Under the pieces are notes generated by a model, which saw only the letters and a list, made by a program, of their open reading frames with translations, was not told the DNA's origin and did not search any database. Shown here in pieces: positions 8,554 through 16,718 of a stretch of DNA of 47,078 bases. The stretch is from a virus. Lineage: Duplodnaviria > Caudoviricetes. The stretch spans positions 1-47,078 of the IMG/VR virus record IMGVR_UViG_3300012971_000026. One strand, 5' to 3'. Position numbers and translations under genes: made by a program. Every line of letters begins with the position of its first letter. Position 1 is the first letter of the stretch.

Positions 8554-8683
8554 CGGGCGGCCCCTTTCGCTGTTTGCGCCGCCCGATTGCGAGCAGCAAC
8601 TCCAACAGATCGGTTAGCCGCGCTTCGGCTTCCGGCCCGTCCGCCCCGCTCACCCGCTTTACCTCGACTGGCTTTTCGGCCAT
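8486..8683 (-). CDS. Small ORF overlapping the integrase start (candidate accessory factor)
   Basis: MAEKPVEVKRVSGADGPEAEARLTDLLELLLAIGRRK; amphipathic helix; overlaps both neighbours. Confidence 0.4.
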   Translation of the reverse strand: MAEKPVEVKRVSGADGPEAEARLTDLLELLLAIGRRKQRKGPPDEGTDTDGSTDQLRGGAGEPGR

Positions 8684-8900
8684 TGAGAATCTCACGCAAC
8701 AGCACGCGTTGCGCTTCCACCTTTGCCAGCGCCCGCCGCGCCAGCATGTTGGCCGCCGCGTCCTGATCCTCGGTGAAACTGTTTTCCTGAATCGTTTTGC
8801 CTGCGGTGTCGCGGTAGATCAACCACCACACCCGCCCGCGTTTCTGGATACTGCCCATCCCGTACGGCAGGCCGCCCGGGTTCGTTTGTTTTTCTGTCAT
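8550..8900 (-). CDS. Stand-alone integrase arm-type DNA-binding-like protein
   Basis: GMGSIQKRGRVWWLIYRD.GK.IQE...A..ML.RR resembles N-terminal arm-binding domains of tyrosine integrases; stop overlaps the int ATG. Confidence 0.65.
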   Translation of the reverse strand: MTEKQTNPGGLPYGMGSIQKRGRVWWLIYRDTAGKTIQENSFTEDQDAAANMLARRALAKVEAQRVLLREILNGRKASRGKAGERGGRAGSRSAANRSVGVAARNRAAQTAKGAAR

Positions 8901-8919
8901 GAGAGCAAGTTAACATGGA

Positions 8920-9105
8920 CTATGTTGAAGCAGGCGCTCCGGTGTCCTCCAGAACGGGATGCACGGTCGGAATGATTATGTCGTCACCCAAGCCCGCGCA
9001 GACCGCAATCGGTGCGACCCATTTCAAGATCAGTTTGCGGTCGGTGGGTTGCTCTTTGCTGAACTGCTCGCGGATTTGTTCCCAGACACTATCGCCTAGA
9101 AACAC
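8920..9105 (-). CDS. Hypothetical protein
   Basis: ORF 8920..9153 in the track; GTG 9105 with GGAG upstream is the more plausible start. Confidence 0.4.
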   Translation of the reverse strand: MFLGDSVWEQIREQFSKEQPTDRKLILKWVAPIAVCAGLGDDIIIPTVHPVLEDTGAPAST

Positions 9106-9262
9106 GGTGACTCTCCATTTTGGTTTTATAGGCGGCCAGTGCTTCATCGGCAATCTCGACTGCTTTAATCACGAGATCTCTGGCCAAATCCTCGGCTGCG
9201 GCGGTACTGCCGAGACTATACGTAAAAACCTTCACCCATATTTCGACTTCGCGATCATTCAT
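9089..9262 (-). CDS. 57-aa hypothetical protein (below the ORF-track cutoff)
   Basis: Manual translation MNDREVEIWVKVFTYSLGSTAAAEDLARDLVIKAVEIADEALAAYKTKMESHRVSRR; AAGGAG RBS. Confidence 0.6.
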   Translation of the reverse strand: MNDREVEIWVKVFTYSLGSTAAAEDLARDLVIKAVEIADEALAAYKTKMESHRVSRR

Positions 9263-9268
9263 TGCAGG

Positions 9269-9772
9269 CTACTCCTTGGCTGATTCCAGGAAGCGGATAA
9301 CCTTCCCCTGCGAGCGCGCGTATTCAAGCTCGGCGCGCGTGCTCGGCCCCATGTAGCCGCCGCGATTCAGGAACAGAACCTCGTCGGCCAGATCGATCTT
9401 GCGCAGGTGCAGCTCGTCCAGCGCCGCCTTGCGCTCGGCTGTCACCTGCTGGTAAACCGCCGTCATCCCGCTGGCCTCGGATTCGGGATGAACGAACCAG
9501 CCCACCGAGAGAACGATTCTGCCGGCGAGTGTCTCTTTGTAGTTGGCCGTGATGTAGTCCCGCCAGAAGCGCGTCGACCCGCACAGGCAGACGATCACCG
9601 GGCGCGGCGGCGCGGCTTCCACCCGCCGCATCAGTTCCTCGTACTGCGCTGGCTCGCGCAGGATATTCGCCATCGCAAAGACGTGCTCGCCGATGTCGGC
9701 GTCGGGATCCTGCTCCCAGGCCATGGCCGCCAGGATCGGCCCCAGGCGCGCGGGATCGACGTAGCGGCTCAT
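9269..9772 (-). CDS. Nucleoside 2-deoxyribosyltransferase-like (NDT fold) protein
   Basis: VCLCGSTRF...LDELHLRKIDLADEVLFLNRGGYMGPSTRAELEYA; ATG 9772 with ATGA overlap. Confidence 0.7.
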   Translation of the reverse strand: MSRYVDPARLGPILAAMAWEQDPDADIGEHVFAMANILREPAQYEELMRRVEAAPPRPVIVCLCGSTRFWRDYITANYKETLAGRIVLSVGWFVHPESEASGMTAVYQQVTAERKAALDELHLRKIDLADEVLFLNRGGYMGPSTRAELEYARSQGKVIRFLESAKE

Positions 9773-10020
9773 TGGTGCCCCCCGCCGAACTTCAACTCCA
9801 GCCCGTGGGACGCCATGATGCCTTCGAGGTTGAGCATCAGATTGGCGAAGGTGGGATTGTGGTCGTGGTGCAGCACCCAACACAGCACGTCCGCTGCCGC
9901 TGCGATCCGCACGCCCGCCCCAGGCGGCAGTTGGTTGCGCGCGTCGGCATCGAAGAGAAAGCCGACAAGAAGATCGTGGGCGCGCTGGAGTTCCTGCGGC
10001 TTGCGTACGTCGATGTTCAT
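9769..10020 (-). CDS. Hypothetical protein
   Basis: ATG 10020 with ATGA overlap; MNIDVRKPQELQRAHDLL. Confidence 0.7.
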   Translation of the reverse strand: MNIDVRKPQELQRAHDLLVGFLFDADARNQLPPGAGVRIAAAADVLCWVLHHDHNPTFANLMLNLEGIMASHGLELKFGGGHQ

Positions 10021-10388
10021 TCCGGCCTCGTGTCCTCGCCCGGGTTGAAGCCGAAGTTGCCCTGCATTTCGGCCAGCGTCATCGGCTCCTCGCGAATTGT
10101 CTCGTTGTTGTCGATCCTGATGATGCGCTTGAGGCCAGGGCGCGGGGTTTCGAGCAACGCCATGCACTCGACTTCCCGAAGCTCGAAACCGTTATTGATC
10201 TTCGTTGTCAGATCGGCAACCCGGCTATTAGCCGCTTTGATCGACGCCGCCAACGCGGCCATGGTCGTTGCCTTCTTGTCTCGAAGATCGAAGACCGTCT
10301 GCGCTTCGCGCGCCAGGGCCTCGCCAAGCTCCCGAATCTCCGTGGGCGAAAACGCGTACTTGATCGATTCAAATAATCGGTGCTCCAT
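10017..10388 (-). CDS. Hypothetical coiled-coil phage protein
   Basis: ATG 10388 with TGATG overlap and GGAG RBS; MEHRLFESIKYAF. Confidence 0.7.
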   Translation of the reverse strand: MEHRLFESIKYAFSPTEIRELGEALAREAQTVFDLRDKKATTMAALAASIKAANSRVADLTTKINNGFELREVECMALLETPRPGLKRIIRIDNNETIREEPMTLAEMQGNFGFNPGEDTRPE

Positions 10389-10891
10389 CACTTGTCTCCG
10401 TTTCTCTTGATCGGCAATGTTTCCAACGGGTGCAGCGCATCCTGCGGTACAAAGAAGTTCTTCTCGCCGCTTCCGTCCGGGTCGTTCAGCCACTCGGGCC
10501 GCTTTGCTTCATGGCCGTACAGCCAGCCGTGCAGACGGTAAACAGCGCACTCGTCGTTTAGATCGCGCGTCACGAGCAGGTACGGAAGATCGTCAGGATC
10601 GTTTGCTCGAACCCGCAGTTCGTACCTGTGTGACAGTCGCGTCTTCACCTGGACGCCGGCAACATCGGGCGCTCGAAACTGTCCGGTGCGGTTCAGGTAA
10701 TACGCATCAATGTGCCGGGCCACCGCAATCTGGCCACAATGGCCCTCGATTGCATAGGTCCAAAAATTATCGATTCTCCCGGCAAACCCAGGCCGATGGT
10801 GTAGATTCTGCTTGCGCGATTGAAAATACTCGACGACCGCATCCCTTGCGGCCAGGTCAACTTCGTTCCAGTTCAAGACGATCTCAATCAT
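10388..10891 (-). CDS. Putative PD-(D/E/Q)xK-fold nuclease-like protein
   Basis: GQIAVA...PDVAGVQVKT motif, followed by LHGW and FFVPQ..L.P. Confidence 0.55.
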   Translation of the reverse strand: MIEIVLNWNEVDLAARDAVVEYFQSRKQNLHHRPGFAGRIDNFWTYAIEGHCGQIAVARHIDAYYLNRTGQFRAPDVAGVQVKTRLSHRYELRVRANDPDDLPYLLVTRDLNDECAVYRLHGWLYGHEAKRPEWLNDPDGSGEKNFFVPQDALHPLETLPIKRNGDK

Positions 10892-11020
10892 TCAAGTGTT
10901 TCCTTCGGTTAGTGCGGCGCGGGTGCGCGTCAGGCCCCCCGCGCCGCTGTTCGTCTCATCCGTCATTTGTGCAGTCATCAGGAGTTAGTTCGTCTTGGTG
11001 TGCCCCTCCTTTCGTTGGAT

Positions 11021-11437
11021 TTACGGCTGTTGGCCGCCGCCCTCGGCTTCGAATTGCCTCTCGGCGGCGGCGATGTCTTTGCGGCAGTTGGATTCGGCGC
11101 TGGCCCCGCTCGATGCGTTCACCCAATAGTTGGCTTCCAGGCCCGCGTTCACCATCAGGCCGCTCGGGAACTTGAGCCAGGGCACCAGATGATTCACGCT
11201 CACGCCGCCGCCCTCGCGGAACGCGGTGGGCGTGGCCTGCTCGATCTCGGGTTGCAGATCGCCGAGAATGCTGGCGAGTTCGCCTGCGGATTTGTCCGAC
11301 AGGCAGTACACGGGATTTACCGGCGTCGTTTCGCCGTTGGCCTGGGTGGTTGCTACGTTGTGCCGGAACACGGGCTTGTACGTGTCGGCGGTGACGTTGG
11401 GATCGACTTCCAAACGATGTTTTAGATGTTCCGTCAT
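11021..11437 (-). CDS. Hypothetical protein
   Basis: 138 aa, AAGGAG RBS; motif VNP.Y...A.EL...NAGL.A.Y. Confidence 0.75.
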   Translation of the reverse strand: MTEHLKHRLEVDPNVTADTYKPVFRHNVATTQANGETTPVNPVYCLSDKSAGELASILGDLQPEIEQATPTAFREGGGVSVNHLVPWLKFPSGLMVNAGLEANYWVNASSGASAESNCRKDIAAAERQFEAEGGGQQP

Positions 11438-11447
11438 GGGTTCTCCT

Positions 11448-13157
11448 TCAATTCACGCTGCCCTGGGTAACGATCTCGTGGGCCGTGCCATCGCCCGAGT
11501 CCTGCTGGCCGTAGTTGGAATCCCAGGCCATCCATTTGCCATCCGGACTCATCGCCACGCGCGGCTGATACCAGTAGGTGTCGCTGCCCATCGGCTGGCT
11601 GTGGTGGAAGCAATACTTCGTAACCGTGGTGGCCGTGGGCGCGAAGCTGATCGCGATGATCTGGCCCCCGAAGGGCGCGGGATCGGGCGTGTACCAGGAC
11701 ATCGCGCAGGCCTGGGCGCGCGTGGCGCAGCCCACGTGTCCATCCGGCCACGGGTACGAGCTACAGTAGCCGAGCACCATCAGATCCACACGGCGGTTGA
11801 TCATCTCCCGGCCCTCGTAGACGGGCATCGCGGCTAACGTGCGCTCGCACGGGCCGTAGGTTCGATCCAGGCCCGTGACGATGTAGGGACGGCCGGCGAT
11901 GCTTACCGCATCCGCGTGCGGGTTGCCGAAGCAGTTTTCGCCCGCTTCGCAATCGCCGTTGTCGTTGCCGTTATCTTGGAACCCTTGGCTATGTCCCATC
12001 TCGGGGCCGCGCGTCACGAACACCAGCCGCTGGTTCGCCTCGTCCACGCTCCACAGCGAGAGCGCGGGCAGCGCCATCAGCGCCACGTAGCGCTTGCCCG
12101 TGGGTGCGTCGATGTCGTACGCCATGGTGAAATCGATGTTGACGCCCAGGCCGTGGGGATCGGCCTCGGCGCTGGCGTAGTCGCCGCAGAAGGATTTCGC
12201 CCGCACCATATCCACCGCGCAGACGGCGTGCTCGGGTTCGCTCCAGATCGTCACCCACCCGTCGCCGCTGATGTGGGTGCTGCCGCCCGTGGCGATGGCG
12301 CGGGGCTGGCCTCGCGGCGTCGGCGGCTGATTCCGCATCATGCGGATCTTACTTAGGCGGCCCTTGAAGTTGAGCGCGGTGCGGCGGCTGCGCGTGGTGA
12401 TGGTGTACTGCACCAGCTGCGTATCGGTGAAGTAATAGAAGATGTCGTCATTGGTGGGGTGCCACAGCGGGATCCGCACATTCGCCACCTGCACCATCGG
12501 GGCGGTGGGGTTCGCGGGGTTCAGAACGAAGAAGCCGTTACCGCCGTTGACGGCGATCCATTTATTAGTGGCGCTGTAGGGCGATGGCAGCGCGTAGCCG
12601 TGCAGGAACGTCGATCCGGTGAGCGCCGTCATGTGGCCGCCCAGGTTATGATCCGTCCACGTCTGCCCCTGCGTCGGCGGCGCGAACGCGGGCACGGTGC
12701 ACAGCGTTCCTCCCGGGGTGCCGCCCGGGGCTGGCAGCGATGCGTAGGCGCAATCCTGCGGCGTGCCCGAGGTGCGGTAAGCGCTCACTGGCAGGGGCTT
12801 GTAGCTCGGCGCTGTGTCGGCAACGGTGACGGTGAGATGGGTAGGCGCGACGATCTGCGGCGGCGGCGCGGGCACGTTCGCGGTTACCCCTGCCGTGTGC
12901 GCGCGCTGGCTACCGAGCACGGCCTCCACCGAATAGCAGTAATCGCCTGGGGCGAGGTTGGGATCGGCGTACGTCTTCGCCGTCAGCCCGTGCGCGATGG
13001 CGTTCCACGGGGGATCCCCGGTCGGCGGGCACACGCCGCCAGCGCGGTAGACATCGTACGTGGTTGCGGGCGGGTTCGCGGTGTCCGCCCAGGTGAGCGT
13101 CGCAGTTTTTTGCGCGAGCGATGACGCGCAGAGCACCAATAGCAGAAGGCGCTTCAT
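11448..13157 (-). CDS. Secreted protein with FN3-like N-terminal domain and probable beta-propeller
   Basis: Signal peptide MKRLLLLVLCASSLA; LTW...YDVYR...Y.D..L.PG.Y.Y.V.A FN3 pattern; C-terminal PRVAMSPDGKWMAWDSN resembles TolB/PD40 blades. Confidence 0.75.
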   Translation of the reverse strand: MKRLLLLVLCASSLAQKTATLTWADTANPPATTYDVYRAGGVCPPTGDPPWNAIAHGLTAKTYADPNLAPGDYCYSVEAVLGSQRAHTAGVTANVPAPPPQIVAPTHLTVTVADTAPSYKPLPVSAYRTSGTPQDCAYASLPAPGGTPGGTLCTVPAFAPPTQGQTWTDHNLGGHMTALTGSTFLHGYALPSPYSATNKWIAVNGGNGFFVLNPANPTAPMVQVANVRIPLWHPTNDDIFYYFTDTQLVQYTITTRSRRTALNFKGRLSKIRMMRNQPPTPRGQPRAIATGGSTHISGDGWVTIWSEPEHAVCAVDMVRAKSFCGDYASAEADPHGLGVNIDFTMAYDIDAPTGKRYVALMALPALSLWSVDEANQRLVFVTRGPEMGHSQGFQDNGNDNGDCEAGENCFGNPHADAVSIAGRPYIVTGLDRTYGPCERTLAAMPVYEGREMINRRVDLMVLGYCSSYPWPDGHVGCATRAQACAMSWYTPDPAPFGGQIIAISFAPTATTVTKYCFHHSQPMGSDTYWYQPRVAMSPDGKWMAWDSNYGQQDSGDGTAHEIVTQGSVN

Positions 13158-13813
13158 ACTTCCCTCCGCGTGCCCGCGATTACCATACGCTCAATTTCGG
13201 TGAGATCCCACTGCGCGATAACAGCCCACAGGTTGCCGCCGATGTGCCGTAGCAACATCGGATCGACGGGCGGCGCGATGTCCCAACTTTCGACTTCCCA
13301 CAGAACGGAATGCTTGGCGAGATCCAGGCCGCGCGGCGGGTAGACATCGGCGGGCACCAGCGGAACCATCGCCGTCCCTTCCTTGGGTTCGGCGGGCGGC
13401 TCCGTCTTCACGTCGGGCACGACGAACCGCAGGCCCGGGCTGCGCTGGCGGTCCCACCGTTGCTTGCGAGACTGAAACACCCATTCCATCGGGGCGTAGG
13501 GACCGCTTCGGCCCTGCTCCGTCCAGGCGCGGTTGTGGCGGCCAATGCGCCATGTCACGTGTTTCTGATCCGCCCGCGCGATGGCCAGCACGGGCCGCCC
13601 ATCGGGACGCCAGCCGCAGGAGCGGATCGCTTCCACGGGATCGATTAACACCGCGCCCTTGGCAAGCTCCGCGTAGGCCGCTTCGATAGCCGAGAACTCC
13701 TCCTCGACGGCTGCGCTGTGGCGATCCGCCAGCCGCTGCCGATAGTGCGCGAGTTTCTCGCGCGCCTCCTGCGGCTTCATTTGGATTGTTGAAACGTTCA
13801 TAGGCCCTCCCAT
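13154..13813 (-). CDS. Hypothetical phage protein
   Basis: About 215 aa; likely start ATG 13801; C-terminal DPMLLRHIGGNLWAVIAQWDLTEIE. Confidence 0.75.
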   Translation of the reverse strand: MGGPMNVSTIQMKPQEAREKLAHYRQRLADRHSAAVEEEFSAIEAAYAELAKGAVLIDPVEAIRSCGWRPDGRPVLAIARADQKHVTWRIGRHNRAWTEQGRSGPYAPMEWVFQSRKQRWDRQRSPGLRFVVPDVKTEPPAEPKEGTAMVPLVPADVYPPRGLDLAKHSVLWEVESWDIAPPVDPMLLRHIGGNLWAVIAQWDLTEIERMVIAGTRREV

Positions 13814-14010
13814 CGGCTGCGCTCGTCCGAGCGCGCCGCGATCTTCATTGCCACTTCGAGCAACGTCTGGTAATCCACGGGGTATTTCTGCTGCGTGCCC
13901 TTCAACCGCAGCACCAGATACCCCGCGTGCAGTTCCACCACGATGGGCTTACGGCGGTAGAGCGTCCCCGTTTCGCGCGTGATGGGCTTGTTGGCGGTTA
14001 CGGGCGTCAT
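13798..14010 (-). CDS. Hypothetical protein
   Basis: 70 aa, ATGA overlaps at both ends. Confidence 0.7.
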   Translation of the reverse strand: MTPVTANKPITRETGTLYRRKPIVVELHAGYLVLRLKGTQQKYPVDYQTLLEVAMKIAARSDERSRWEGL

Positions 14011-14306
14011 GGCTTGCGCTCCGGCGACGGCTCCACATCAGGCCCGCGTGTACGAGTCCCGTCCTTACCCCGGGCCTTGGCCGGAATGCAATCGTGCCCG
14101 CTCTTCTTCACATAGCGGTCGCAGCCCTTGCAGTAGACGCGGCAGAAATCGCACGGCACAAGCACGTCGTGAAGCTCGGGATCGATGTTCTCGATGCGTT
14201 GCCCCGTGCCGCCGCAATGGACACACTCGCCCTTCGGAATGTCCAGCGGCGGCTCGAACACCGTGCGCGGCCACAGGTGACCCTCGTGTTTGACAAATAA
14301 GCTCAT
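14007..14306 (-). CDS. Zinc-finger protein (CxxCxGxG)
   Basis: CVHCGGTG...CDFC...CKGC...H.C motifs. Confidence 0.7.
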   Translation of the reverse strand: MSLFVKHEGHLWPRTVFEPPLDIPKGECVHCGGTGQRIENIDPELHDVLVPCDFCRVYCKGCDRYVKKSGHDCIPAKARGKDGTRTRGPDVEPSPERKP

Positions 14307-14310
14307 TCGC

Positions 14311-15270
14311 TCACTCGGCGCTGTCGAGCAAGGTGCCCTGGCCGCCGCCCTCCCCTTCCTTCGCCTGGGCGAGGATTCGTTCCGTCAGGGTTGGCCGCGG
14401 CGCAGCGGACGATTCCGGCGCCTGGGCTTCCGGCAGCTGGCCCTGCACGTCGGGCGGCAGCATCTCGGGCGGGGCGTCGGCGGTGATCACGTCGAGGCGC
14501 TCCTCGCGCAGGATCCCGCCGCGCAGCACGTGGGGCACGTGGTATTTACGGACGCGCCCGATGGCCCGCCAGTAATACATGTCGCGCGGCCACGATTTGA
14601 AATTCCATTTCTCCGAGAGCGGGATCTGCTTGCCCTTCTCCCAGATCATGGCGTGGTCCGCGTCGCCCTCGGTGAAGGCCTCGCTTACCGGGTTACCCGT
14701 GCGATCCACTACGGGCTTATAAACGTTCGTCGCGGGATCCAGCTTCTTGAGCCACAGCGTGCACCCGGTGCAGCGCTTCCACGGCTTGCCCTTGTGGGTG
14801 ACTTCTTCAAACTGCCACTCCACATCCCACCCGTACCCGGCCTGCTGCAGCTTGGCCGCGACGATATCGTTTTCGATGGCGGGCTTGCCGTTCGTGAAAT
14901 AGATGTATCGGATGGAGTCAGCGGGGTTGAATCCCCAGGACCGCCCAATCTGGATCTTCGCCATGGCGGTGGCGATGCTTTGCTCGAGTGTTTGCCCGTT
15001 GATGTCATCGAACTTGCCGCTCATGGCGAACACCCGGGCCAGGCGTTGGTCCAGATCGAAGGCTTCGCGGGCCAGCTCGGCGTCCACCAGATTGCGGATG
15101 TACATGTCGCGGCGCTCGGTATCGGGCAGCGCCTTGAGCATGTCCAGCGTGATGCGCGGCGAAGGTTGCTTGGCCGGAATAGGATCCGGCGATGGTGCCG
15201 GCGCGCGGACGGCGGGCGCGGTTTCGGTTGGCTGCGGGGCGGCAGCGGGCGCTTCGGTAGTAGGTTGCAT
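14311..15270 (-). CDS. RecT/Redbeta-like single-strand annealing protein
   Basis: IGRSWGFNP..SI..IY..NGKP and WPRDMYYWRAIGR...PHVLRG motifs; lies near a YqaJ exonuclease; ATG 15270 with AAGGAG RBS. Confidence 0.7.
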   Translation of the reverse strand: MQPTTEAPAAAPQPTETAPAVRAPAPSPDPIPAKQPSPRITLDMLKALPDTERRDMYIRNLVDAELAREAFDLDQRLARVFAMSGKFDDINGQTLEQSIATAMAKIQIGRSWGFNPADSIRYIYFTNGKPAIENDIVAAKLQQAGYGWDVEWQFEEVTHKGKPWKRCTGCTLWLKKLDPATNVYKPVVDRTGNPVSEAFTEGDADHAMIWEKGKQIPLSEKWNFKSWPRDMYYWRAIGRVRKYHVPHVLRGGILREERLDVITADAPPEMLPPDVQGQLPEAQAPESSAAPRPTLTERILAQAKEGEGGGQGTLLDSAE

Positions 15271-15272
15271 GA

Positions 15273-15560
15273 TTACTTTTTCTCCTTGCGGAAGTTTTGG
15301 GCCTGGGGGCACGTGCTGAAGTGCGACAGGCCGCTCGGGTTATAGGGTGCGTTCTTCCCGGTGTTGTGCTGGATCCAATAGATCGATCCTCCACACCCCC
15401 GGCAGATCGACTGCGAGCCTACGTTCGTAACGAACGACGCCAGCAGCTTGCGCAGGTGAGCGTTCTCGGCGTTGAGGCGTTGAATCGTCGCGGCCGCCTG
15501 CTCGGACGGCTCCGAATCTTCCGGGCCTAAGCCAGCCCACCGCGCTTCCTCGGCGCTCAT
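15273..15560 (-). CDS. Small zinc-binding protein (CRGCGGSIYW...SHFSTCP)
   Basis: ATG 15560 with ATGA overlap; sits between exonuclease and annealase. Confidence 0.75.
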   Translation of the reverse strand: MSAEEARWAGLGPEDSEPSEQAAATIQRLNAENAHLRKLLASFVTNVGSQSICRGCGGSIYWIQHNTGKNAPYNPSGLSHFSTCPQAQNFRKEKK

Positions 15561-16534
15561 GCGGCGGCCTCGTCCTTGTTGCCGTCGCGCAGCGCATCGG
15601 CGTCCAGGCGGATCCGCCGATACCCGGGCTTGGTGTGGGTGTACTCGGCGAGTAACTCGGCGCGCTTGCCCTCGTCTTGGATGTGGTGGTAGAGCAGCGC
15701 AATCGCCATCGAGTGCCAATCCACCACCTGGGTATCCTTGGTCCGCCGCCACGTGAAGCGGCCAGCGGGCCACGTCAGCCCCTCCTTCTCGCCGATGGCA
15801 AACTTGAGACGGTTCTCCAGCTTGTCGCGCTCCGGATCCAACTCTTTCAACAGCAGGCGTAGCGCGGTGTAGTCATTGAGCACGGCGATCTCTTCCGGCG
15901 TGGCCTCGCGCATGTCGGGCCGCTTGTGGTGCGGGAAGGTAGCCTTCAGCCACCGCGCGCTGGCGTCGGAACCGCCGATGGGCGGCTGCTCGTTGCCCAC
16001 CAGATAGCGGCGGTACCACTCCTCGGCTCGCGCCAGGATGATGCGCTCGACTTCGCGGTGCCGCTCGATAGTGTAGATGCGCGGCTCGCCCTCGCCCACC
16101 AGGGCGGCCACGTCCCACACGTCGTAATCGAGCGCCGCCATGTACCAGCGGCACTGCAGCTGCACCCGATCCGGGATCTCGTCGGCGGTGTCGCCCCACT
16201 TGCGGCGCTGATCCCAGAACACCAGCTTGGCGTCGACCCCGCGCTGCTCGCCCATGCAGAGCGCGTCGGGCGTGTAGATCATCCAGGGCCGCGACGGGTG
16301 ACGCCGCGTTTCATCGCAGTACTCGACTTCGCGGCCCGTCACGTAGGTGTAGAGCGTCAGGATCCCTGGCTCCAGCGCCTTGCCCACCACCATGCGGATG
16401 GACGGCTTGAACGACTCGAAGCCTTCCTTCTTCTCCAGCCACAGGCTGAACTCGTCGCGCTCATCGTCGCAACCGAATAGCGGCCCGAGATCCGAACCGC
16501 TAATACCCTGCCGCCGTAGTTCGTGGTTCAACAT
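15557..16534 (-). CDS. YqaJ-like (lambda exonuclease family) recombination nuclease
   Basis: RRQGISGSD...LWLEK...G.ALE...TPDA...DAK...QCRWYM motifs. Confidence 0.9.
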   Translation of the reverse strand: MLNHELRRQGISGSDLGPLFGCDDERDEFSLWLEKKEGFESFKPSIRMVVGKALEPGILTLYTYVTGREVEYCDETRRHPSRPWMIYTPDALCMGEQRGVDAKLVFWDQRRKWGDTADEIPDRVQLQCRWYMAALDYDVWDVAALVGEGEPRIYTIERHREVERIILARAEEWYRRYLVGNEQPPIGGSDASARWLKATFPHHKRPDMREATPEEIAVLNDYTALRLLLKELDPERDKLENRLKFAIGEKEGLTWPAGRFTWRRTKDTQVVDWHSMAIALLYHHIQDEGKRAELLAEYTHTKPGYRRIRLDADALRDGNKDEAAA

Positions 16535-16718
16535 GTTCTAAACCGTTCCCTTTCGATGTGTGCGCAATAGCGATCCGCACACGCTTCACAGGCCCAATAG
16601 CAATCGACAAAGCGCACACCGGGGGCTTCGCGGCAGAATTCGCAGCGGTGCAGCAGGCGCTCCTGGTGGGCTTGGTTGTTTTGTTCTTGCCGCAGCCGGG
16701 TGACTACGGCGCTGGCGT

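Noticed and set aside
10895-10985. Hammerhead ribozyme (CTGATGA...GAAAC on the minus strand)
   Set aside because: The flanking stems required by the hammerhead core could not be formed by eye.
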